Origin: Trichoplax sp. H2
Taxonomy: Eukaryota
Assembly (NCBI GenBank): GCA_003344405.1
Contig: NOWV01000227.1
Location: 1-64,000, forward strand
Direction of reading: 5' to 3'
DNA length: 64,000 nucleotides
Made by a program: the position numbers and the translations under genes. Below, piece after piece: positions 25,220 through 40,069 of this stretch. The notes under the pieces were generated by a model. It was given only the letters and a program-made list of their open reading frames with translations, did no database searches and was not told the origin of the DNA. Numbering within the stretch: position 1 is the stretch's first letter; the number at the start of each line of letters is the position of its first letter.

Positions 25220-28200
25220 ATGGGAGCTACACTCTCAAGTCGTGCTCAGTGGACATCAGCCAGCGAAGGAGCAGTTGGAAAACTTGAAATTAATCCTCAA
25301 AATGAGCAACTTCTGACTGAAATTGCAGAATTTACTGAAGTATTTCCTTCTAAATATCCGGCTGAAGCGGAGAAAATATTTAACAAGCCATTTACTTGGA
25401 ATTCCAGCTTAGATCCTATCAGTTTTACCTCTCTGGATGAAATTGAAGCCAGGTTTGTTTGTAATAACGTATCGAGTAATAGTTACAGAATTGATATGAT
25501 TATCAACTTATCATTACAATATTGGATATCCTTTCCATTAACTATGTATCGGTTAGTGATATGGAAGCAAAGTCGAAGGCTTGTAACGCAGCTGATGAAC
25601 CACTTCTTACAGTCATTAAGGTAAGTTTCAACAATTTTGAATGTCATTAACTTGAAGCCATTGACGACACAGGAAATAGACTATAGCAATATCTCATTGA
25701 CTTTAGGATAATGATAAATGCCTCATTACTGCCGCAACTTTCGAACAATTAAGCAATGTGCTTAAATGTGCTGGAAATCGAAAACTTTCCGAAGTACAAG
25801 CATGCTTAGAAGGTATACATTAATTTATTCTCGCTTTCAAATATTGTAATGATTTTTCGATATTTACCCTGTTGATCGTTTCTTAGCTAATCGCGATCCT
25901 ATTAGCAATATGATGGGGCCAGCATTTGCAAGGATTGGCATTGATGATACATCTCTGGTTAAGGCTCATCAGTTGCTGGTCAGAGCCCAAAAGGAGGGAA
26001 ATGAGAATGTCGAAGAAATTAATACTGCATTTAATCTCTTACTGGTGGTGAACTCTTTCGATATGAAATTAATGCAGCTATCTTTTGATATTGTGGCAAA
26101 GTATAGATCCTTGTTTTACATATTACAATGCTATTTATAATCTAAACTGTAATGCTTAACAAACTTATTTTACTTCATTGTCGATAGGGAGATTCGATTG
26201 AGTCCCGAAGCTGTAGAGGTAAGATATATCGTGTGTAAGATTTTATCCTCTGACTAGGTCAACTACTTATCAAGACCTCAATTAATACTTTTACTTACTG
26301 TGTCAATGTTATAGAGAGACGTAAATCTCCTGAGATCATTCTCTGGTGCAGATAAAAGTTGTTTACTAAGATCTATTGAGTTTATGTCAGGTAATATAGG
26401 CTATAGAATATACTTGTACATAGGATCCATTGCTTACATCATTCACTATTATCAGATTACGTATTTGCTAATGGATGCCGTGCACCACCATGGAGGCAAG
26501 TTCATGGTGATATCGCTTATATCATCATCAAACCTTTCGATATCGATGAACAATTAGTGTTAACAGCCAATACCTCAGGCTACTATCGTAATAAGGTTAG
26601 CATTGATTGATAAGGTTTTAAAATCAAAATTAATTCTATCTTGGTGATAACTGAGACAAACATCAAGACATAACAAAATCACATACTGAAGATTGCAATT
26701 CATGTGATATAGGGAGTTTCTAACGAAGGTGAAATTGATTATACTCGCATTGGCGAAGTTTTCCCGACTTTAGTCATGTTCATGAAAGAGCAAAGTGCCC
26801 ATTTTGTCTCGACAATGGGTCGACAGGTCTGTTTATCCAAATAGAGTACCTGGATAACCAAGACTTTTAGCCTTATCGATCATTTCGACTTTTGTGCGAC
26901 ATCTGTATCTGTTATTCTAACAAAGTCATTCTATCTGTATGTGTAGGAATTTGCTTTCTTTAATAAAACTGGCAAAGATGAAGACAAAAATATTTCCAAA
27001 AATATCAACTTTGACGAAGATGAAGGAGAATCAACTCCTGCAGCTATGACTAGAGACGATACGGGTCATTTAAGGTAAATATCAAGTTAAGTAATGCCAT
27101 TCCATTGTAAATATTGCAGTCCTGAGTTTTTTTATTACGTTGCTAGCGGGCATACATCGCCATCAAAAAGTGTTAGCGTAATGGATCGGAGAAAGCCCAC
27201 CAATACTAAGAAGAAGCCTAGGCAATCTCCTCACTTGCAGCCATCTCAAAAATGGCGAAATCTTGGCTTTGGCGAGGATAAAATAGATATTCATGGGTAA
27301 AGTCCAACTTCTGTAGATACGTACAATAATCTATATTATATTCAGATATCCAATGGCTTAATAATATTATTATACTAGCCTGAAGGATAATAAAAATCAA
27401 GGAGGAAGAAGTAAGAAATCAGGGAAATCGACAATCGCAAGTTCAAAGTAAGAATTGAACAATTTCGTTTTAAAATCATTTTTTATAGTATCATTCCATT
27501 CACTTCGATGATATAATTTTGACTTTACTGTATACTCGTACATTATATTAGTATCAAGAAGACATTATCCATTCTTAAACCGGATGAAGACTTTAGTGAA
27601 AGCTCATCAGAAAGTGAAGAAGAGGAAGATAATGCCGATCGAAGACAAGTAATATTTGCGTGTCTTATATTGCTAGCAGTCCTGATCTTTCTCGTAGCAA
27701 AGGTGATACAAGCTAATAGATTTTATTTATAAATTAGGAAACGAATGCTGATTTACCTTCGGAATATTGGCAAATTCAGAAGCTTGTCAAATACTTAAAG
27801 GTATGTAAGACGTAAGATAGCTACGATGGTGTTCATGTCTTCTGAGGGCACTGTAATACAATCTGTTTATAAATGTAAACTTATTTGTGCTAGGTCGGTA
27901 ATTCCACCGCAACAGTTTTAGCTTTATGTTGCATTCGCGATTTTAATTTGGCTCAAGAAGCTTGTCAACTTGCTATTCGAAAAGTTGGTGGTCTTGAAGT
28001 ACTGATTAATTTATTGGATACGGACGAAATCAAATGCAAGGTGAGAAAATATTACAAATCAGTAACATTATTTACAAAATACTTAAGCGAGACTTTTGTT
28101 CGTGTTCCTTTGATAGATTGGATCTCTGAAAATATTAAAGGATATATCAAGGAATACTCAGTTACGTCGGGCAATTGTCGATCTTGGAGGTAAGCTTATA

Positions 28201-31193
28201 AAATTTAGATTCAGTTGCTAATATGATTATCTTCAAAATGCATAGTAATAATTTTGATTACGTTTAAGTTACTTACATTGCATGTATTAAAATAAAATTT
28301 TTTGCTATAGGTTTACAAACTCTAGTTAAAATTCTGGATGATGACAATAAAGATTTGAAATGTTTAGCGGCAGAAACGATTGCTAATGTAGCTAAATTTC
28401 GTCGAGCTCGACGTACTGTCAGACTTTATGGAGGGATAATCAAATTGGTAAGCTTTCCATTGTGATCGCAATTTATACAGAAATTCACTTTATTTCTAGC
28501 CATGAAGTATGTGTCAATTTGAATTAAAAGAATTGAATTAATTTTTCACTGATTGATTTTATTCAGGGTTATTTACTTGATTATTGCCTTCCTTCCAAGA
28601 ATTTTAATAACAATCTACAAGCAGACTCAGAGAAAGACGTCAACGTAGCACGTTGCGGTGCTTTAGCTTTATGGAGTTGTAGCAAAAGCACCAAGAATAA
28701 ACAAGTACGGCTAATAAAGCACACTTAATCAACATTACTGCACTATTAACCTTTTTGTCTTTGCATAAATAGGCAATTAGGAAAGCAGGAGGCATTCCAT
28801 ACTTGGCTAAATTGCTTAAATCGAAAAACGAAGAGATCCTCATCCCGGTTGTGGGAACATTACAAGAGTGCGCTTCTGAGGTAACATTTCGTTGATGTTG
28901 AACTAGTTCTAATATTAATTTATTATATGCTGTTGTGGCTAAATTTCCACAAATAAATAAATTATTTTTATTGTAATTTATAAAATAGAGAAGCTATCGA
29001 TTAGCAATCCGTACTGAGGGAATGATTGAAGACTTGGTTAATAACCTCAATAGTGAAAACCAAGAATTGCAGATGCACTGCGCTAGTGCTATTTTCAAAG
29101 TAAGTTGATATTTTATAAGTTCAAGCTATACATGAGGAGCTATAGTAAGGGAATTATGCTTGACATTTTAGTGTGCAGAAGAGGAAGAAACAAGAAATCT
29201 TGTTAGGCAATATGGTGGCTTAGATCCTTTAGTTCGATTATTGCAACATCGTGACAATAAAGAGTTACTAGCTGCCGCTACTGGTGCAATATGGAAATGC
29301 TCCAAGAGTCCGGAAAACGTCCTACGGTACATTTACTATCTTGCTTTTTAAGCTATACTAGCTATTTACGTATTGTATACTTTCCACAGTATTTACTAAA
29401 GTTTTCCGAATTATTTTTTAGCTTTCAGGAACTAGAAGCGATTGAAAAATTGGTGGGTCTGTTAACCGATCAGCCAGAAGAGGTAGAGTATTGAGTTTAG
29501 TGCAATGAAGTACATATTCTAACAATTTTTAATTGTTATATTTTACTAATTCTGTTTAACTAAGTAATATACTCTCTTTATCGTCTTGAATAGGTACTAA
29601 TTAATGTTGTTGGAGCGTTAGGTGAATGCGCAGCGGAGCATTCCAACCAGGTTGCTATTCGTAAAGCTGGCGGAATCCCTCTGTTAGTTAACTTATTAAC
29701 CGGAACCAACCAAGCTCTGCTGGTCAATGTAACTAAAGCTGTTGGAGCTTGTGCAATTGATCCTGAATGCATGTAGTAAGTGGATTAAACATAATTTTGG
29801 ATATTATTACCAAATCTGATTTATGTAATTCGTCTTTATTAGCAAATTTGAAAGTTTCTGCAAATGTACACCTGTATAACTTATGACTTTGCTCTCTTCC
29901 TTTATAGTATTATTGATCGGCTAGATGGTGTACGATTGTTGTGGTCCTTGCTTAAATCTTCCAATCCAAATGTAAGTTTTAACAATGGGTTTAAAATGCT
30001 AATCTGACTTTTTGCATGATTGTCTGATGATTAATTTGCGTGTTGTCATTAGGTTCAGGCTAGCTCAGCTTGGGCAATTTGTCCATGCATTGAGAATGCT
30101 AAGGTACAGTTCGATACTTGCTTGAGTTAAAATTCATAGTAATGGTGATATACTTAGACTGAAGATATTTGTTAGTATAGTTTGTCAATTTCCAGTAGAC
30201 TCTGTAGAGATTACATTTTATAACTAACATGCACTTTCACATCATATAGGATGCCGGTGAAATGGTAAGATCTTTCGTTGGAGGCTTGGAATTGATTGTC
30301 AGTTTGCTGAAATCGGAAGATAAAGAAGTAAGTTTATTATTGCCAACTATATCAGCATTTGAAACATTTTTCATGACGATAATTAATATATGTAGATCAA
30401 TATTGCTTGCAGAAGACAAATTGTATTTACAGTTTTCTGTACTTTGATTTACAGGTACTTGCAAGCGTTTGTGCTGCGATTGCAAATATAGCTAAGGATG
30501 AGGAGAATCTCGCTGTTATTACAGATCATGGTGTTGTCCCTATGTTAGCTAAATTGGCTACAACAGTAAGTTGTGCTAATCATTATAATTTGTAGTGAAA
30601 ATTTTGCAACGCTTACTCACTAAAACTTGATCGGATTTATTACAAATAGACTGATGATCATCTTCGTCGTCATTTAGCAGAGGCAATTGCGAGGTTAGTA
30701 TTTTGTAGCAGCGAAATCTTTAGTAATTATTGACTTTCACGAATTTAGAACGTAAAAGTGATATTCATAGCTCTTATTTTGTTCTTAATCATTACCTGCA
30801 CTCATTCCTGTAGATGCTGTATGTGGGGCAACAATCGTGTTGCATTTGGTGCAGCTGGTGCAGTAGCACCTTTAGTCCATTATTTAAAATCGCCGTCTGC
30901 AAGTGTCCATCGCTCAACGGCTAAAGCATTGTTTCAACTCTCTAAAGATCCTAATAATTGCATTACTATGCATGAAAATGGAGTAGTTAAGGTTAACTAT
31001 CCTAAAATGATTACCACGCCTTTTAAGGTGTGCCTTGAAATTAAATTAATTTTGCGACATCTTTTATTCTTGTACTTAGCTGCTAATTGATTTGGTGGGC
31101 TCGACAGATAGTACTTTACAGGAAGCATCTGCTGGTTGCATAAGTAATATACGTCGTCTTGCTTTAGCAAACGAGAAAGCTCGCAATCGATAA
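25220..31193 (+). CDS. ODAD2: Armadillo repeat-containing protein 4 / outer dynein arm docking complex subunit 2; about 29 exons
   Basis: Spliced peptides match ARMC4 hallmarks: [122 protein letters not shown] and [13 protein letters not shown] is at 25220 and TAA at 31191-31193. Confidence 0.95.
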
Positions 31194-32384
31194 AGCCAGA
31201 AAGTGGATGTATTAAAGCAAATCAGACTATAGCGATGTTTATTGATAGCAAATTCAAGTACAAGTTGGATATGCCGCTATTATTTTAATCGATATCCCTG
31301 TACAAGTAGAGTAGAAATATTTTATAATTCTACTTATGAAATAGAACATTAACGTGGACACTGCAAAATACATTATGGTGTTGTTGTAATTATGGCGATG
31401 ATAATGTCATGAAATGGACGTTAATCTATGCTCGTTGATTTTAGTTTTTTATCATTATTAAATCCATCACTTCATTTAGTTACTATCGTAGACTATACCC
31501 TACTGCATTTTATCGTATACCTATGGGAATAAGACTAGTTGATGACTGTTTAATAGTTAAGAGCAGGTCTTCTGGTTGTATATTCTGATTCTATAATATT
31601 CTATGGTTTACCACTTCTGCTAGATCTGTACATTATATCTGTAGCAGTATTAAATAATTTCCTGTTCAGTTTGCCGTTGTTTTGGTATCATTAGGTATCA
31701 TTTTCTTTATTGCAGAATTGGTTAAGGATTTAGAAACGGATTTACCTATTCATCTAGTATTAATCTACTACCTGCGAAAGATAATATTCTATTGCATGTA
31801 CTGATTGAATATTCTAGACATATATCATGATAGGATACGTATTAGAGAGCATCTATCTGATAAATAGGATATTATTCCTAGTAAATCTCAATGTTTATAG
31901 ACAGTACTTAAGAGACTGCATGCGGAAATTAAGGTAAGCTGCATGTAGCAATCTCATTGATTATTATATAATTAATCATTTTATAGCGGAACGAATACTG
32001 GTTTTCGTGTAAAGCCTAAATCACAAGTTATAATTAATAGTATCTGTAATTTTCTTACGTATATTATCCTTATCAAGCTAAATGTCAAACTGTATGTCTT
32101 AACAATAAGTGTCATGTCTTATATTCTGCTTAAAATATTGTAATTAAATCTACTAAAAATTTTAAATGCCTTTATAAATAAAATTGCACAAGTAAAATTT
32201 TGTGAAGGCGTGTATATATGTTATATATATATGCGTATGATTATCTTTGCCTACGCGTAGATTCATAAGACACGATTGACTGAATCCTTCAACGGTTAAG
32301 GTTATCCAAAGTAATAATATTAGCAGCAATATGAAAAGAGAAATTAAGAAGTTAAATAGAAGCAATTATGGTACTTTGATATAG

Positions 32385-32529
32385 CAGGAGGTTGTGCAAT
32401 AACAGAGAAGCTAGAGATTGTAGCAAGAATTGCTGATGAGACAGCTTATACCAAGTATCGCTCGCAATTTCAAACTCTGAATGGGGGTATACGAAAGCCT
32501 ACTGAAGTTGTCTATATAACCATTAACGG
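32385..32529 (+). other. Candidate orphan coding exon
   Basis: An AG/GTAAG-bounded, GC-richer segment is open in one frame (AGGCAITEKLEIVARIADETAYTKYRSQFQTLNGGIRKPTEVVYITING). I could not assemble a complete gene model. Confidence 0.25.
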
Positions 32530-34269
32530 GTAAGATAAATATACTGATTGATAGAACAACGGTTGATGACCGGACCATCGACGATGGATAACGAAACTGT
32601 CTACAGTACATACCGATTAAAGGGTATAAGATTGTGTACTAATTGATGGAGCTAGGGTTCACGACAGGACATTCTACGATGGATAACGTATCGAAGATAT
32701 AGCGGCAGTCTAATGATAGTTTGCATCAGCTGAGATCGAATGATGATCTGATTTCAGCTGAAAAGTAATGGAGCAAACAAGGTTCGTTGCAGTCCCATAG
32801 CTGAGAAAAATTATGAGACTAACTAAGTTTACTACAGTATATGGAGAAGAGATATTACGAAATTAACAAAGACCTTATTTACTTGCTATGTCGAGAATAT
32901 CTTCTTATACAGAACAATAAGATTTATTAATTTTTTTATTGAAGTGCAATATCCATCTGTCTTACTTGTTTTTTTTGTAAACTTTGCTACCCTGTTTTTG
33001 CGAGTAGCTTTGCGGAAAGTAAAATTATTTATTGTAACTCATAAAATGAATTCGGTAAAGTTGAAAATTTTTATGCAATAACATCAAGAAATTTTATTTA
33101 ATGTTGATCATAACTATTATTTACATACTACTAGTATAAGATAATAATTAATTTGTAAGAAATAGAAGTTTATACATGGCATTTACAATTCAATAACTTT
33201 ATCAAGAGCAAGACAAATCCATAGCAAATAGTTAAGCAAAGTCGACATGAAACAAATATTCGTATTCTACCTGCTTTATACATTAACAAAATAAAGACGC
33301 AGATATTATAAGATGGAATGAGATATTTCGTGCTATAAGCACTTAATTTTACTGAAATAATCATCTTTTTCATCTTATTAATTTTAAAATACAATCTCCA
33401 TCGCCGCAGACCAAATCTTTATATGGCAATTAACGCTATAAAGACCGATACAGAAAGTGGTCATTTTGCAAAATAATAAATGCAATGATTAGATTAATTT
33501 ATAGAAGCATCAAAGAATTAAACAGGAGGATGATTAAGTTTACAGACTGCTATCAGAGCCTATTATGATAATAATAAATTTAGTGACTTGATACAGCAAT
33601 AGAATAAAGAAATACACGCGTAAGACTAGCAGATCTCGAAGGCTAAGGATCACAATTTGATACATAGTAATAATTCCTCCCAAATTAGGCCTAGGAAAAA
33701 GTCAGTGAATAAAGCTCTGCCATCCATTGGAAGTATTAAGAATGACATCAGAGCAGTCTAATAGTAATAACCTTACTCTTGATCTGACAATTAATTTTCA
33801 CTTTAGAGGCCAATAAAAGCAAAAATTATCATCTATTTAATTATGGATAGAAATGGCAAATAGGTTTATACTAATGTTTAAAAATTGTCCGAGGAGATCT
33901 GGTCGTCACCAATCAGGTATCGTTTAAATTACAGTTTTTTATTGACCGTTATGGGAAAGTGATTGCAAAGTCGATAAATTGATAGAAGTATGCTTTAATA
34001 ATGTTTTAAATGGAATGAGTTTCTTATTTGTTTTCTAAATCCAAATTCAAACAAAGCTCCTTTCTTTGTCCGGTACTAGATAGATAGCCGCTATAAATCA
34101 AGATGATTTTCTTAAGGGTAGAATTCTCGAATCGTAGAAGGCATAAATAACTATAGAATTAAATATGAGAATAAGAAGTAAGATAAATCATTTTCTAATG
34201 GGTTCCGGAAAGGTATAAAATATACACAGCAGCAATTTTAATAAGAATATTTACCTTTAAGGCAAGAGA

Positions 34270-37200
34270 TTAACTTTCCTCCATTAGGCCTTGATCTGAT
34301 AAATCGCCCATAAATTCCTCGAGTTGCTTACTTTGTTTATGTTGGAGATTGTCCAACCGATTGAAAACATTGGATAACTCTTCCTGATGGCGTTTTTCTT
34401 TCTCTACTAGACTAGTTGAAACTGGATCCATTAGAGGTGGATGTAGGGAAAATTGATTGTAATTATTATCACGATTGTTCAATTGGTTAGGATTTGGATC
34501 AGGATTATTCAACATAAGATATTTGAATTCATTCTGCCGACGAACTAAATCACGCAATTGCCTCTTTAAGTGTGATAATTCAGCATCGGCTGTATGTTGG
34601 ATGGCTTGTTTCTCTAACTCATATTTCTCTTTTCTACCTTTTAATATGTCAATTTTCTCCTTCATTTGCCTGACGATGGATGAATATTTCTCTTTGCGTT
34701 TCTTTTCAGTTTGTTTTAATTTACTGTAACTGCTTTGGAGTTGTTTTAAATTTTCGTTTTGTTCATTAAATTTTTTCGTGAAACGTTCTCGTTCTTCAGA
34801 CCATGTTGCCTGTTGCTGTTCTATCGATCTGAGTAAGATATGAAATAGCATAGCATCAATGAGCTGGATGTTTCATGGAAAGAAAGGAATGCTCGTATAT
34901 TTGCATAGGCAGAGATTGGTTAAATTGCCTACAGTACTATAGCAGGCTTATTAAGGTAGATTTTATAGTGGATGTTTATGATTTTCTTATATTGGCTTCT
35001 TACTTGCCGGATTGCAAAAGATTTATATCTAAAAGTGCTCTATGTGCCTAGCTGGTTAACAATTTAATGATTTACTCATACTGATTCGCTACTACCCAGA
35101 TCGTAAAAGATTTATACTTAAAAGTACTCTATGCGTATAGCTGGTTAGCAGACTTAATAATCTACTTATTTATCTACTCCTGAGACAATAAAGATTAAAA
35201 ATACAAATATCTACCTAGTTGCATCGTGCTGTAATTCTTGAAGATTTTGATGATATATCCTAACTTCGTCATTCAGTGCTTCTATCGTTGATTGCAATTT
35301 GTCATTAGTAGCCATAACTTCTTGCTCACGAGTAATAATGCTTTGCATTTGAGCTTGCAGGTGATTATATTTCTGTTTTAGGTCATGATGTCTAATGGAA
35401 GCAAATAGAGGATAATTAAGGGTGGGAAGATCTGTAAATTGCGTTTAGCTTTGAAAGGATATAGACGTGTACGATTTCTCATCACTACCGCGTAATACAA
35501 ATATGCACTAGAACCCTCTAGATGTATAGGATGTTAAAAATTTTTAATTAAGTATACATCAGCTAGGATGGCGGTATATCCGCTCTTTTAATGCTTTATA
35601 ATAATTCTATAAAGGCATTACCTAGACCTCTCAATTTCAATCTCATCTTGAAACTGTTGTTGTAGTTCAATCTGAGACTTTAAAGATTCATTCTCTTTAC
35701 GCTCAATATTTCTTTGATCGGTTAGTGACCGAGTCTGATCTTCTAGATTCTCAATCTATATAAATTTAGACGGAAAAGATGTTTTAGCTACTATAAAATA
35801 TTAGTTATATGATTAGTATATCTTGATTAATCTTATAGATGGTACAAATGACGGACTGGAAATACGAAATGCTATGTAGAATGACCTTTGATTTATATTC
35901 CACTTCCAAGTCTAAACGATGGCGCTCCGCTTCCGATAATGTTCCTTCTAAATCTAATTTTTCTTGTTCAATCACTGCTAATCGTTTCCATTCCTCCTGT
36001 AATCGCGTTTGGATTCTACAAGTAATATCTTGCTCTTTGCTAACAATATTGCTTTCCAATTGGAGCTTTGTTTCCTTTAGTATTTCATTTTCACTCTTGA
36101 CCGATGCTAATTCAGCTTTTAAAGCATCAATTTCTCGTTCTAAATCCCCATGAATTTTCATAGATTCTAATCTAAAATCACTGAATGCCACGCGTTGGTT
36201 ATGCTCCAATTCATCATTTCGACTTTGTAGAGCAATTTTCTCACGTTCTAATAAATGAATTTTCGAATTAAATTCCTCATGTAATTGACGATTATTTTCC
36301 AATTCTGATAGTAAACGTTGGCATTTTAACTTCATTGATTCTCTTTCTGCTTCAGCTGATTTCATTTTTGCAGTTGCTTCGGATAATTGTCGAGAATGTA
36401 AGCGATTGCTTTGATCAGATTGGGTCATGACATTTTCAGTGCGGCTTTGCGATTCCTCTAATCCAGTTTGTAGTCCTAATTAATTTGAAAGGTAAGTAAT
36501 AATAATGCTTTTTAGTAAGTATCATGTGTACGTGCTTAAGTTAAATGCTTCCAAGACTCAGACAGAGACTTTTTCTGAGTTAAACTACTGCAATCTCGCC
36601 AAGATGGCTTTCCCTCTCACCTTTGATTTTTTGCTGCAATTGAGTATTTTCACGCTGCAGTGATCTCATCTTTTTCTCTTCCATAGCATTCTCCTCATCA
36701 CGATGGGCCATTAAAGCATCTTTATCCTTTTTAATTTCTAATATTTCAATCTGATGCTTTTTCTGTATTTCATCAAGAATAGTTTGATGTTGAGATCGGC
36801 TATGCTCGTATTCCGATTTTAGAAAGGCGTGTTCATAACGAATTCGATTATACTCGTTTCTGAAATGATCGACTTTCTTGTCCATTTCTTCAATTTGTCG
36901 ACGAGCAGAACCTTCAATTTCTTCACGCATTTGAAGTCGTATCACCTCCATTCGTTGTGGTGTCATAATCTGTAAGAATAAATTGTAAATATTGAAAACT
37001 AATAATCGACGAATTTTATTTGTCTTTTATCTTGGCTTAAATAGGATATTAATTTTTCTATGGCATGATTGAAATTAATCCATTTCTAAACAGACCTGTG
37101 TTTTAAGTTGCTCGGATTCCCTTATTTTACTATCAAAGTCGTTCTGCACTCGAGACATTGCATCTTTAAATTGACGTTGCATTGTAGCTTTTGATTCTTT

Positions 37201-37395
37201 CTCCAAGGCTAGTTCTGATTTCAGTCGATCGTGAACATCTTGAAGCTGTAAATGTCTGACTTTTAACGTTTCAAAGTTAGTCTTATGTTGTTCAATTTTG
37301 ATTTTATAATCAGTAATGATGGCTTCAATATTTGCTCGTTCTTCCAGCTCTTGCATGAGCTCTTCCTCTTGCGATGAATCTTGGGTCTTGGTCAT
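34270..37395 (-). CDS. CEP83: Centrosomal protein 83 (CCDC41), centriole distal appendage coiled-coil protein; about 6 coding exons
   Basis: Coiled-coil exons are at about 37395-37096, 36969-36621, 36475-35887, 35755-35628, 35391-35215 and 34828-34270. TPQRMEVIRLQMREEIE...YNRIRYEHAFLKSEYEH, EQHKTNFETLK and LVRRQNEFKYL match motifs I recall from CEP83. Confidence 0.88.
35017..35170. repeat. Intronic direct repeat, 2 copies, period 88 bp
   Basis: aaaagatttata..taaaagt.ctctatg...tagctggtta occurs at 35017 and 35105. Confidence 0.75.
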
Positions 37396-37649
37396 GATGA
37401 TTTCGATGTTACTTTTTGTGGACGTTGAAAAGTTTTGACGGTTTTGCAAATACTAGTATCTTAGCCTATGTAGAGATGATAAAAAAATTAGTAGAGTTTA
37501 GTATTTTTATTGAATTTGAATCATTGTTCAATAATCAATGGTATTTCGGAAAATGATTTTAAATAGAGATCTAGTTAAAAATAAATTGCAACCGTTAGGA
37601 AATAACATTTTAGTGGAATAATCATTTGAATCTCAATTTTAGATGCCCT

Positions 37650-38980
37650 AGTATGTCGGTGACGAAAAAATTACCAATATTTCAAACACGAATGAAAATA
37701 TGCATTTAATTGAATAAAATTATCGATATATTCAGTATTATCTATGTAGCGGGTATAAATAAAGTGATAATTATGAAATTTGTATTTATTCGGTCTGAAA
37801 CTAAATTTTAGATATCGTAGTATACTGTTTAAGAAAAAAATATTGGATAATTCAAATGTTTATAAGATGATGCATGAATAGAGCAAATATCATTAAAGCA
37901 TCAAATGACTTACTATGCAATAATTTTAAATAAGGTGAAAGTTGATAATTTTGCATTTTTCCAATTTAAAGCTAAATTTTAGGTACAATGGCGTATTGAT
38001 TTCTATAAAACTGCCGGATAATTCAGCTACTTATAAAGTGATAAATGGAATGAAAATAAATATCGTCAAAATATTTAATAAAATATTGTATAACATAATT
38101 AAATCAATTGATGATCCATTTAATTTGCATTGATCTCACATCACATATTGTGGGCTATGGCTTACAGAAAAGACGGCTAGATAATTGAGATGCTGTACTA
38201 ATAAAATGATGCATTAAATGGAGAATAAAAATTATTGAAGTATATACCGTGCGACAACATTAAATAAACCAGCTGTTATTCAATTTGTATTTATCTAATT
38301 TAAAACTCACTTTTTGATATGCTAGTTTTTCGCTTATATAGAAATTGCTAAACAGTTCAGGCACTAATAAAATGGCGTATGAAATATTAATGCCTTGTAT
38401 AACGTTTACGAATACAGTAACAGTTATTCAACTTGTATTTATCTAATTTAAAACAAAATTTTAGATGTAATGGCTTGTCGTATTTAGATATTGTACTAGA
38501 TAATTTAGATACTCATAAAATGAGGCATGAAATAGAATAAATGTAACTGAAATATATATTGCCCAATGAGTTTAAAGCAACAGTTTACAATTTGTATTTC
38601 TCTTTCTCTACGTATCATATACAATTATATTTTCGGATATTGTAGCCTATCATTTATGGAAAACTGCTAGAAGATCCATACACTAATAAAATGACATCTG
38701 AAGTATTATTACAATATATTTTATATAACGACTACGAATAAAGTAAGAGATATTCAATTTGTATTTATCTAATTTAAAGCAAAATTTTAAATGTTCTTGC
38801 TTGTTACTTTTAGATATCATACTAGATAATGCTGGTACTCGTAAAATGAGGCATGAAATAGAATAAATATTATTGAAATGGATCCTGTACAACGGCTGTA
38901 AATAAATAACTGTTGTCCAAGTTATGTTTGTTAAATTTCAAACTAAATTCTAGATATCCCTACGTATTTCTGACGGAAAA
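37650..38980. repeat. Degenerate tandem array, units about 150-165 bp
   Basis: Variants of tttgtatttatctaatttaaa occur at about 37778, 38283, 38433, 38591, 38757 and 38920, with recurring taaaatgaggcatgaaatagaataaat. Confidence 0.8.
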
Positions 38981-40069
38981 ATGGCTCAATAACTACTAGA
39001 ATGTCAAGATGATGATTGATTTACTCTAGGATTTTAATTGACTCGATCAGTATAGCAAGGATCATCAACACCCTATTAACTCTGGTATAGTAAAATCTTA
39101 CTATGTGCTCATTATAGCAGTCACTACCGTTGCTAAAATGTTTGAATTAGATTTGACAAGAGCTAATGTCAACTCATTTAACTGTCAACAACAACAAATC
39201 ACTAGAATAATCCATGGCGTCACTTGGCATCGTTATAAGTCAGCCAAGATTACCGGTATCTTCATTTAAATCATCAAGTTACCTTACCTTTTTCAGATCG
39301 TTTAGTCAGGATTAATTGAGTTGCAGTAGTATAGTCTTGGGGGCCAATGTCTCGCTTGGGTTTGTCAACGTAGTGTCCCTCCTCTTGCGATTTTTAAATT
39401 TGATTTTACTAATCTTACAATTTAAATTTTTGTCCATCCGCTGGTGCAACTAGTACAGTATTGTTTGGATCATGCTGATGATGAATAGAATCTACTATAG
39501 TGTCTTGAATAGTGTTGGATGGATTGATTTTTGAAACTCTAGGAGTTAATTTACATAACGGTAAAGTTAACAGTCTGTGGTCATAATAGAGGACAATACA
39601 ATCGGTTATAATCGAGTTGGGTAGCTATTCATGTTGAATAGAGTATCGCATTCACTACTCTTCAGCTTAGTGTATTGTATGGATTACCTAGTAGGATAAT
39701 TGTTCGTATCGAGTGGTTACTATGCAACAGTGATTCGCTTTCGAGCTCTTTGCTATATACTGGATATACTTAGTTTAGCCTATAATAAACAGTACGTGGT
39801 CGATTGCCAAGCATAGAGTAATTCTAATCGATGCCATTGCAGCTGCAGTAAACATTTATTTTGGCTCTATTTTGGAGCAGAGTGAGATCTAGGAGATCTG
39901 TATTGTTGAATTGCTAATTGGAGGATAGTCCAGCTTGAATAAATAGGATATCTATAGTAATTTGTGCAGATTATACAATCGATTATGTTGTAGTTTGCGC
40001 TTTTGGTGCTGCAGATTTGGAGGGTCTGTTAAAGTCAGCCTATGCTGTATTCTAAAGTGCCGATATCAA

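Noticed and set aside
25050..25220. RFX X-box upstream of ODAD2 (ttgccgtagtca)
   Set aside because: Only a partial match, which is not distinguishable from chance by eye.
25524..25537. U12-type donor-like atatccttt
   Set aside because: It lies inside a normal GT-AG intron whose flanking exons already splice in phase.
34475..36153. Plus-strand ORFs of 84 and 104 aa
   Set aside because: They are antisense shadows of CEP83 coiled-coil exons.
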